Part shown: piece by piece, positions 7,844 through 13,937 of the stretch
Layout: every line of letters begins with the position of its first letter
Numbering within the stretch: the first letter of the stretch is position 1
Virus record (IMG/VR): IMGVR_UViG_3300025087_000234
Location: 1-32,261 of that record
Strand: one strand, 5' to 3'
DNA: 32,261 nt
DNA from: a virus
Taxonomy: Duplodnaviria; Caudoviricetes
Notes under the pieces: generated by a model
Databases searched by the model: none
What the model was told of the DNA's origin: nothing
Seen by the model: only the letters and a program-made list of their open reading frames with translations
Made by a program: the position numbers and the translations under genes

Positions 7844-8182
7844 TTAGTTCAGCCCAAGATATTCCCTCCAGTTTATCTCGTTCATTTTACGTTGTTTAGC
7901 TACATTGATGTCTGTCGGCAGGTATATCCCAAAATCAGGATATCCGCTCAGCACTTTTTTGACCGCATGCTCTTGAATGGATCGGCGGACTCGGGAGATG
8001 TGGTCTTCTCTAGGCAGGTCGAATAAATCCTTTATCCTTATCGCTCGTTCCCCATCTGGAAGTGTTACTATTTTTGAGTTGTGATAATTCCACCAAACCA
8101 TTTGCGTCAGTCTGATGTCGCTGTTGCGTGACTGCTTGTCTTTCGCAAGGCACTCTTTGACTTTGTCTTTTAAATTTACCAT
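7844..8182 (-). CDS. Hypothetical phage protein
   Basis: 112 aa; SRNSD..L and I.RVRR.IQ..YLPT motifs recurrent in phages. Confidence 0.7.
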   Translation of the reverse strand: MVNLKDKVKECLAKDKQSRNSDIRLTQMVWWNYHNSKIVTLPDGERAIRIKDLFDLPREDHISRVRRSIQEHAVKKVLSGYPDFGIYLPTDINVAKQRKMNEINWREYLGLN

Positions 8183-8278
8183 TTATTTTACAATTACCAC
8201 CACGGCGATTAAAATTGTGATGGCGAGTATCCATTTTACAATGGTTTCTACTCGTTCTAAAACTTCTAGCTCGTACAT
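8183..8278 (-). CDS. Small membrane peptide (31 aa)
   Basis: MYELEVLERVETIVKWILAITILIAVVVIVK*, fills the gap exactly. Confidence 0.55.
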   Translation of the reverse strand: MYELEVLERVETIVKWILAITILIAVVVIVK

Positions 8279-8279
8279 A

Positions 8280-8801
8280 TTATTCTATTTCGGCCACCAT
8301 CAGGCGTTGTACGCCGAAGTTGATGGCTCGTGTTATTTCTTTATTCATAAAAATGTCTATCCTATTTTTGTATCGACTGTTCATCCGATCAGCGACTGTG
8401 CATTCACCAAATTTATCGATATTCAGTTTGCTACCCATTTTATATCCGTTTGTTGCCACCAAGCATTCGCCTTTTTCATATCTTTCGCACAAATTTGTGC
8501 CGTCTGCCCCGACACAAGGATTTCCGTCAGTTTGCGCCTCTACGGAGTTGTATGCCGTTACCTCGACTATCTTCCCTGTGCCTTGTTTTTTTGGCGCTAT
8601 GGCGGTTTCTAGCGTGGTTGTCGCCGTTTGTGGCTCAATGTACCTCATTTCGCATTTTGGGGCATTTTGGGGCAGTTGCACTGCGTAAATTGCCTTTAAA
8701 ATGGCATAGTCCAGCATTCCTCCTGCCAGAATGCAGAATGAGCCGTACAAAATCGTGATTTTAAGTGTTTTCGCAATTTTTGTTTTTGTTTCTTTTTTCA
8801 T
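8280..8801 (-). CDS. Membrane-anchored 3D-domain (MltA-like) cell-wall protein
   Basis: N-terminal TM helix; VTAYNS..QTD..P..A.G, VADRM..RIDIFM..AINFG; ATG at 8801 preferred. Confidence 0.8.
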   Translation of the reverse strand: MKKETKTKIAKTLKITILYGSFCILAGGMLDYAILKAIYAVQLPQNAPKCEMRYIEPQTATTTLETAIAPKKQGTGKIVEVTAYNSVEAQTDGNPCVGADGTNLCERYEKGECLVATNGYKMGSKLNIDKFGECTVADRMNSRYKNRIDIFMNKEITRAINFGVQRLMVAEIE

Positions 8802-8874
8802 TTTTTTGTTACTGGCCGTCATTGATATCAAATGTCTGTTAGGCCACTATTTTCACTATGGCTCACCAGTTTTA

Positions 8875-9024
8875 TTATAATGGTTTTTTAGCGTTTTCTC
8901 GGTCGACTATCTCTTTGTTGGTTCTGAGATATTTTCCAAGTTTCTTTTCCCATCCTATCGTCACTCCATCACAAAGTATTTCGCCGTTGTCCATGAGTAA
9001 TATTTGTAAAAATTTAATTTCCAT
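8875..9024 (-). CDS. Hypothetical protein (49 aa)
   Basis: Hand translation MEIKFLQILLMDNGEILCDGVTIGW.. Confidence 0.5.
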   Translation of the reverse strand: MEIKFLQILLMDNGEILCDGVTIGWEKKLGKYLRTNKEIVDRENAKKPL

Positions 9025-9187
9025 ATTTTTTGTTGCAATGATATCCAAATTCTATAGGCGGTTTCGCTTCGGCGTTAGCGTGGCAGATTGACCTGCAGTA
9101 GATTTGCTCTTGCCATTGCTTCGGCGTGCAGTTTGCGTGTGGCCAGAAAACGTTACCGCAGTACTGACAGTTTTTGAATTCTTTCAT
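9014..9187 (-). CDS. Small zinc-finger protein (57 aa)
   Basis: CQYCGNVF..YCRSIC. Confidence 0.6.
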   Translation of the reverse strand: MKEFKNCQYCGNVFWPHANCTPKQWQEQIYCRSICHANAEAKPPIEFGYHCNKKYGN

Positions 9188-9874
9188 CTATGCTCTGGCC
9201 GATACTTCTTTTTCTTCAAAAAGCTCTAGGCCGTTAATTCCTCGCACACCCATTCGGATGGCTTTGTTTACTGCTACCTCATCGACCTTAAGGAAGTCTG
9301 CTGGCACCTGTTTGATGTCTAGCACCTTGAATTTCCATACACTCTTGAAAGTCACCGCCGATCCGCTCTCGCTCTTTACTGTCTTCTCTTGCACTATTGT
9401 CGGCTTGGCGACAAATTCTTCCTGCTTCACTTCTTTGATGGCCTCTTTCTGCGCTTTTTTGGTTAGGTTGCTTTTCTCTATTTCCTTGCGTTTGCGTTCC
9501 TGCTCTTTCTCAAATTCTTTGCGCTGTTTTTCAGCTTCCTTTTCTTGCGCCTTGCGGATTTTCTCAGCTTCGGAATTGTGGTACTTCGTCATTTCCATTT
9601 TTACCGCCCTTTCGATTCTTTCGAGTGGTTCGCTCGCTTTCTTAAATTCATTGTTGATGTTTCGGAGTGCTTCGTTCATCGGCTTTGTAAATGACAGCCT
9701 CAACTCCTCGATCCGTTTCTGTCTGGCCTTTATCTGTCCGAGGAAGTCCGTTGCCTCGGTCATGTGTTCGGCTGTCTTGATTGTGATTGCTTGCCCTACT
9801 TTCACAATGTTGCTCACATCTTTGGTGATTTGTGCGAGCTTCAAATCTTTTTCATCTTGCATAATTTTTTGCAT
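9188..9874 (-). CDS. Conserved phage coiled-coil protein (Gp157/Gam-like architecture)
   Basis: Long helical hairpin; C-terminal WKFKVLD..VP..G.RGINGL..FEE. Confidence 0.6.
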   Translation of the reverse strand: MQKIMQDEKDLKLAQITKDVSNIVKVGQAITIKTAEHMTEATDFLGQIKARQKRIEELRLSFTKPMNEALRNINNEFKKASEPLERIERAVKMEMTKYHNSEAEKIRKAQEKEAEKQRKEFEKEQERKRKEIEKSNLTKKAQKEAIKEVKQEEFVAKPTIVQEKTVKSESGSAVTFKSVWKFKVLDIKQVPADFLKVDEVAVNKAIRMGVRGINGLELFEEKEVSARA

Positions 9875-9881
9875 TATTTAA

Positions 9882-10001
9882 TTAAATATTTTTTTCTATC
9901 AAATCCAGCACATCGGATAATGCCAGCCCAGGCTCGCCTGTGGTCACAAGTTCGTATTGTTCGAGCTTGTAGATTTCTTCGATTAATTTTTCTTTGTTCA
10001 T
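9882..10001 (-). CDS. Hypothetical protein (39 aa)
   Basis: Hand translation MNKEKLIEEIYKLEQYE.. Confidence 0.5.
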   Translation of the reverse strand: MNKEKLIEEIYKLEQYELVTTGEPGLALSDVLDLIEKNI

Positions 10002-10002
10002 A

Positions 10003-10167
10003 TTATTCTTCGCTGTGTTCGCAACTGTATTGGCAGTTGTCGCAACCCATTATTCTTATGCCGTCTTTTAAATATTTTTCCCAAAAGCCTGCTTTGGCTA
10101 ATTCTTTGTCTGTCATAAATTCTAGCGTTCCTTGTCCGCATTTCGGACATAGTTTTTCTTCTTGCAT
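10003..10167 (-). CDS. Small zinc-ribbon protein (54 aa)
   Basis: CPKCG..CDNCQY. Confidence 0.6.
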   Translation of the reverse strand: MQEEKLCPKCGQGTLEFMTDKELAKAGFWEKYLKDGIRIMGCDNCQYSCEHSEE

Positions 10168-10168
10168 A

Positions 10169-10366
10169 TTATTTTATCTTTATACCTACCGCTTGGCAGG
10201 TTGCGAGCATGTCCTCGCTCGGTTTAAATAAATTTGATTGTTCTGCCCAGCTTTTCCATGTCAGGCAGTCTTTTTTTTGTTGGCGCTCCATCCCTATGCT
10301 GAATGCGTATGCGATTGCGCCGAAGGCCAGTAGGATTAAGATTGCTCTTTTAATTAAGTTTTTCAT
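10169..10366 (-). CDS. Small membrane protein
   Basis: N-terminal TM helix, two Cys. Confidence 0.65.
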   Translation of the reverse strand: MKNLIKRAILILLAFGAIAYAFSIGMERQQKKDCLTWKSWAEQSNLFKPSEDMLATCQAVGIKIK

Positions 10367-10823
10367 TTCGTTTATATGTTAATTCATATTTTTCGGAGTA
10401 CTCGCCTTTGTTATACAAATTACAGCATAGCCTGCAGGCGCTGTTATTCTTTAAGTTTGATTTTCCGATTTCGCCATGTATTCTGCAAATCGTAATATAT
10501 TTTTTTTCTGGCTGTATGCAGTTCTTAGTTCTGCTTTCTGGCCTGCACCCGACTTCTTTTGCGATTGTTTTCCAGCGGTACTGGTGTCCTCGGGTTCCGT
10601 GCCTGATCCATTCTAGCGCATGCGCTATTTCGTGAAGTATGGTGTTTGTGATTACGTGTTCTTCGTTTAGCGCTATAAATTTTCTTGACAGCTCTATGGT
10701 TTTAATTTTGTATTTGCATATCCCGAGTGAGCTGGCTCTTTCGTTTATCCCGAGTTGCCAGTCATCGAGACTGTATTGTTTCATTTTTCTTTTTGCGATG
10801 TCCATCGCTATTGCCAAGTCCAT
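10350..10823 (-). CDS. SprT-like zinc metalloprotease
   Basis: LG.C..IELS, TILHEIAHAL..GH..WK..A..VG. Confidence 0.85.
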   Translation of the reverse strand: MDLAIAMDIAKRKMKQYSLDDWQLGINERASSLGICKYKIKTIELSRKFIALNEEHVITNTILHEIAHALEWIRHGTRGHQYRWKTIAKEVGCRPESRTKNCIQPEKKYITICRIHGEIGKSNLKNNSACRLCCNLYNKGEYSEKYELTYKRNEKLN

Positions 10824-10829
10824 ATATTT

Positions 10830-11021
10830 TTATTTTAATAATTTTCTCTGCCTCGCAATGCTTTCAGCATAGTTGAGCTTTGTTAAAAGTGGCGTGCTTG
10901 TATATCGGAAGTCATCTCTATATCCTGCAAAAAGCATTTCATCCCACCTCTTTATTGTTGTCAGCAGTTTTTCATCACTTAGCCCTTTTAAAAAACCTCT
11001 GTAATCATTTCTTTTTTTCAT
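10830..11021 (-). CDS. Hypothetical early protein
   Basis: First ORF after promoter P1 and its structured leader. Confidence 0.6.
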   Translation of the reverse strand: MKKRNDYRGFLKGLSDEKLLTTIKRWDEMLFAGYRDDFRYTSTPLLTKLNYAESIARQRKLLK

Positions 11022-11030
11022 ATTTTTATA

Positions 11031-11123
11031 TTGCCGTCTGGGTGATGGGTTTTATAGCCTGCTCGTATCGAGCGCTTATTTATCGGCAACCATCACCCTT
11101 TCGGCTTGCATGTTTCCCCATGC
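11031..11123 (-). ncRNA. Structured 5' leader or small RNA
   Basis: Stems GCATG/CATGC, GCCG/CGGC, GGGTGATGG/CCATCACCC and GCTCG/CGAGC. Confidence 0.5.
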
Positions 11124-11131
11124 TTATTGTT

Positions 11132-11160
11132 ATCATATCAGTTGTTATAACATTTGTCAA
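11132..11160 (-). promoter_or_regulatory. Sigma70 promoter P1 with palindromic operator
   Basis: TTGACA-N17-TATGAT with TG extension; TGTTATAACA at 11143-11152. Confidence 0.85.
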
Positions 11161-11513
11161 GTGTTTTTATTTATTTTGTTATTTTCTTCTAATTTAAGCA
11201 CAAAATAATAATTATAAGCGTGTATTGCATTTTCGCTATATGTACAAAATTCTAAATTATTTACATTATTATTTTTTTTGTCGCAGTCCTTGTGGTTAAC
11301 TATTGTCCTGTTTTTTTTCTTTCTTAAAAATGTTAATGCCACTAGTCTGTGGACTAGATATTCTTTTCTTTTTCCGTCTTTCCATAAACGAACCCTATTA
11401 TATCCGCTAACAGCATATTGGTGTTTTATGTTTTTATCAGTTACCAAATCAATGACGTATCCGTCTTCGTCTATGGAATATCGTTTTTTAAAATTTTTTA
11501 TAATTTTTTGCAT
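11157..11513 (-). CDS. Free-standing HNH homing endonuclease (HNH_3 type)
   Basis: GY.RV.L..LVHRLVA..F..VNHKD.DK.NN...NLE..T..EN..HA. Confidence 0.9.
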   Translation of the reverse strand: MQKIIKNFKKRYSIDEDGYVIDLVTDKNIKHQYAVSGYNRVRLWKDGKRKEYLVHRLVALTFLRKKKNRTIVNHKDCDKKNNNVNNLEFCTYSENAIHAYNYYFVLKLEENNKINKNT

Positions 11514-11519
11514 AATGTT

Positions 11520-11528
11520 ATTATAGCA
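11520..11528 (-). promoter_or_regulatory. Extended -10 promoter for a leaderless HNH transcript
   Basis: TGCTATAAT ending 6 nt before the ATG. Confidence 0.55.
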
Positions 11529-11551
11529 CTTATCAATTATTTATCCATATC

Positions 11552-11574
11552 AAAAAAGACACCGAAGTGTCTTT
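11552..11574 (-). terminator. Intrinsic terminator ending the late operon
   Basis: AAAGACAC-TTCG-GTGTCTTT followed by TTTG; C(UUCG)G loop. Confidence 0.9.
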
Positions 11575-11598
11575 AATTGAGCAAGGTTTTTGGTTTGT

Positions 11599-11826
11599 TT
11601 ATTCCTGTTCGAACGCTCTGATTATGAAAGCGTAGAATGCGCCTGCGATAACGAGCACCTTGAGAATAATTTCCCAATAGCCTGTGGTTGCTAAAGCCCA
11701 ATAGATGGTTGCGCTCACAAGCGCTACTCCGAGCAGGATTGCCCTGCTTGCCCATCCCTTAGCCCCGAATTTCTTTTTAATGCCCTCTACTAAAAGAGAG
11801 ACAAAAACGCCGAGAATAATTTCCAT
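11599..11826 (-). CDS. Putative holin
   Basis: Small protein with up to three hydrophobic segments, downstream of the endolysin; ATG at 11826. Confidence 0.7.
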   Translation of the reverse strand: MEIILGVFVSLLVEGIKKKFGAKGWASRAILLGVALVSATIYWALATTGYWEIILKVLVIAGAFYAFIIRAFEQE

Positions 11827-11927
11827 ATATTTTTGTGATATAAATCGTACCACGTGATCGTGAGTATGTAATAAAACCACGTCAGTGGTGCGTAAATAAA
11901 AATTATTTTAATTATCTTTTTAAACAT
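11790..11927 (-). CDS. Hydrophobic peptide in the lysis cassette (45 aa)
   Basis: MFKKIIKIIFIYAPLTWFYYILTITWYDLYHKNIWKLFSAFLSLF*. Confidence 0.45.
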   Translation of the reverse strand: MFKKIIKIIFIYAPLTWFYYILTITWYDLYHKNIWKLFSAFLSLF

Positions 11928-11931
11928 TTTT

Positions 11932-12606
11932 TTAATTGAATGGCCTCAATCCTTTCTCCACGTACTCGTCTTTTTTTAGCTGGCTCCATATTCCGTACAT
12001 GGCTGGGTTTATCACGGCCTCCAAATCCCAACCGCCGTACACTAAGGCATTTATCTTTTCAGCTGTCGGCCATATTCCTTTGGCCGTCAGTATCCCGAGT
12101 ATTCTGACTTCGTTCTGATATCCGCCTTTCGGCCTGCCACGGTAGTATCGATGGTAGCACCTTGACTTATCCCAGTCTTTCGGGTTTATCTCATCGCCTA
12201 GGTAGTTGTGATTAAAATACGGCGCTGGGTTTATTTTCTCGCCGTTTACCCGAAGCTCGAAGTGTAGATGGTCGCCTGTTGTATATTTTCCTGTGTTGTC
12301 ACATATTCCGATCTGGTCACCAGCGACTATGCCCTCGCCGATTGACACAAGGCTTTCTTTTAAATGATAATAAAATGTCGAGTGTCCGCTCTGGTGTTCT
12401 ATTTCTATTCCAATACCTCCGTCACTGAATAATCCGCTTCTCGTAACTTTACCGCCATTTGAAGCGTACAGCGCACAGCCATTTCTAGCCTTAAAGTCTA
12501 CCCCAGGGTGATACGGCAATCCCATCTGTTGATAAAAATCTAAATAATTCACGCCGAATGGCTGTGTAATAAAAATGTCTTTAAGCGGTAAACGCAGTTT
12601 GATCAT
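11932..12606 (-). CDS. M23 family peptidase endolysin
   Basis: HPGVD, YYHL and TGDHLHFE motifs; unrecognised C-terminal domain. Confidence 0.9.
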   Translation of the reverse strand: MIKLRLPLKDIFITQPFGVNYLDFYQQMGLPYHPGVDFKARNGCALYASNGGKVTRSGLFSDGGIGIEIEHQSGHSTFYYHLKESLVSIGEGIVAGDQIGICDNTGKYTTGDHLHFELRVNGEKINPAPYFNHNYLGDEINPKDWDKSRCYHRYYRGRPKGGYQNEVRILGILTAKGIWPTAEKINALVYGGWDLEAVINPAMYGIWSQLKKDEYVEKGLRPFN

Positions 12607-12668
12607 AATTTTATGTTAATTATTTATATTTTTTATGGGCAATTTAGTATTGCCCAGTTTAAGAGGTT

Positions 12669-12905
12669 TTACCACCAATGTTTTGCTGAGATTTCTTTTT
12701 TAAAACGCTCATTTTCTGTATTCCAAATAAAAAGGTTGTAAGGCTCTGCGCTGAACGTCATCCCACAAAACTTGTATGCCAGCTTGTGCAATATTATTCC
12801 GTTGCATTTTATTTTGTTGTTTTCTCCAACAAAATTTTCACTTACCAAATTTGTGCAATGCGGACATCTATAAAACTTAGCGCCGTTCGTTAAGCTTGTG
12901 TTCAT
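12669..12905 (-). CDS. Small Cys-rich protein, SD-led
   Basis: CPHC..C..CG; AAAGGAGGT upstream. Confidence 0.7.
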   Translation of the reverse strand: MNTSLTNGAKFYRCPHCTNLVSENFVGENNKIKCNGIILHKLAYKFCGMTFSAEPYNLFIWNTENERFKKEISAKHWW

Positions 12906-12916
12906 AATAACCTCCT

Positions 12917-13237
12917 TTAATGGTTTTCACAATTTCTTATGTCTTGCACTTTTTTAATGCAACCGACCCAAGTGCAACCTTTTGTTTTTTCTTTCGGCTT
13001 GATGTTAAACCGACACTCTTTGCAGTAGCGCACATTGCCGTCATTGTTTAGGCAATAAAGAGCATTGCATTTCTTGCAAAAAAATCTGTCATGGAGCGGT
13101 AAGGTTTTTGCGTGCGCAATCGCTTTCAGTGTTAATGCGTCTGATATTTTTCTTATCTCGGCATTGGTTATCCAATCTAATATTTTTTCAGGATTACCTT
13201 TCCGCTTCCTTGCTCGCTTCCGTTCTTTTCTGGACAT
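12917..13237 (-). CDS. Basic zinc-finger protein, SD-led
   Basis: CKKC..C..CKEC..C...C..C; GGAGGTGA upstream. Confidence 0.7.
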   Translation of the reverse strand: MSRKERKRARKRKGNPEKILDWITNAEIRKISDALTLKAIAHAKTLPLHDRFFCKKCNALYCLNNDGNVRYCKECRFNIKPKEKTKGCTWVGCIKKVQDIRNCENH

Positions 13238-13383
13238 CGTTTCACCTCCACATAAACTTCCGAAGCGCCAATGTATTGTTCACAATCTGCGTTCCGTTCG
13301 TCAGGAGTGCAGTTGAAGCAGTCGCCTTTGCCCTCTTTTTTATAAGGGTCTTTCACTGGAAATAGCTGATAAACGCAAATCAT
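13177..13383 (-). CDS. Small Cys-rich protein, SD-led
   Basis: C..CFNC..C..C; AAGGAGG upstream. Confidence 0.65.
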   Translation of the reverse strand: MICVYQLFPVKDPYKKEGKGDCFNCTPDERNADCEQYIGASEVYVEVKRCPEKNGSEQGSGKVILKKY

Positions 13384-13634
13384 TTTTCCTCCTTGGTGGT
13401 TTCGTTGTAAAGAACAAGCTCCAGTTTTCCTGTATTGTAATTCTTTTTGAAATCACCGCACAGGTAGCATTTGAATTTTCCCTCTCTGCCATAAATCTCT
13501 TTTTCGCATTTTGGGCAAGTTTCGTGATCCATTTTTTTTCTCCTTTCCGTTATCGGTCTGTTTGTTTTTTTTCTTTTTATACAATGTATAAAAATTTCTT
13601 TATGCCACTTAGATATTATGCGTCTGTCGTTCAT
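13380..13634 (-). CDS. Zinc-ribbon protein, SD-led, two in-frame starts (13634 and 13532)
   Basis: CPKC..CYLCG; AGGAGG and AAGGAG before the two ATGs. Confidence 0.65.
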   Translation of the reverse strand: MNDRRIISKWHKEIFIHCIKRKKTNRPITERRKKMDHETCPKCEKEIYGREGKFKCYLCGDFKKNYNTGKLELVLYNETTKEEK

Positions 13635-13658
13635 TACGGCCTCCTTTTTAAAAAACAA

Positions 13659-13931
13659 TTATTTTTTCGGAAGTCTTTCTTCCAATATTGTGATTATTTT
13701 TGTCTGTTCATTTTTTAAAAAAGCGATGTCTTCCTCGATGTGCCTCAGGTGATTGTTTTTTATCAATACAATGTTCTCGTCTATGTTTTGGTGCTTCAAG
13801 AAACATGTCGCTTTTAATATCGCTATTTCTTTTGTTGCGTCTATGTCTGGGTCGCGAAATGTTTTATATACTGCGAACGCCACTCCGCCGAGTGTTGTCA
13901 CCTGCAGTATAATATCAAGGTATTGGGTCAT
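13659..13931 (-). CDS. Single-TM plus coiled-coil protein (possible lysis accessory)
   Basis: N-terminal TM helix; NHLRHIEED..IITILEER. Confidence 0.65.
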   Translation of the reverse strand: MTQYLDIILQVTTLGGVAFAVYKTFRDPDIDATKEIAILKATCFLKHQNIDENIVLIKNNHLRHIEEDIAFLKNEQTKIITILEERLPKK

Positions 13932-13937
13932 ATCTTT

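Noticed and set aside
8010-8234. Alternative minus-strand ORFs 8010-8234, 11573-11755, 25761-25946
   Set aside because: Out-of-frame overlaps with better-supported genes
11031-11513. IscB/HEARO-type RNA-guided system (HNH next to a structured RNA)
   Set aside because: The protein is a short HNH_3-type enzyme with no RuvC or PLMP motifs, and the RNA follows its own separate promoter
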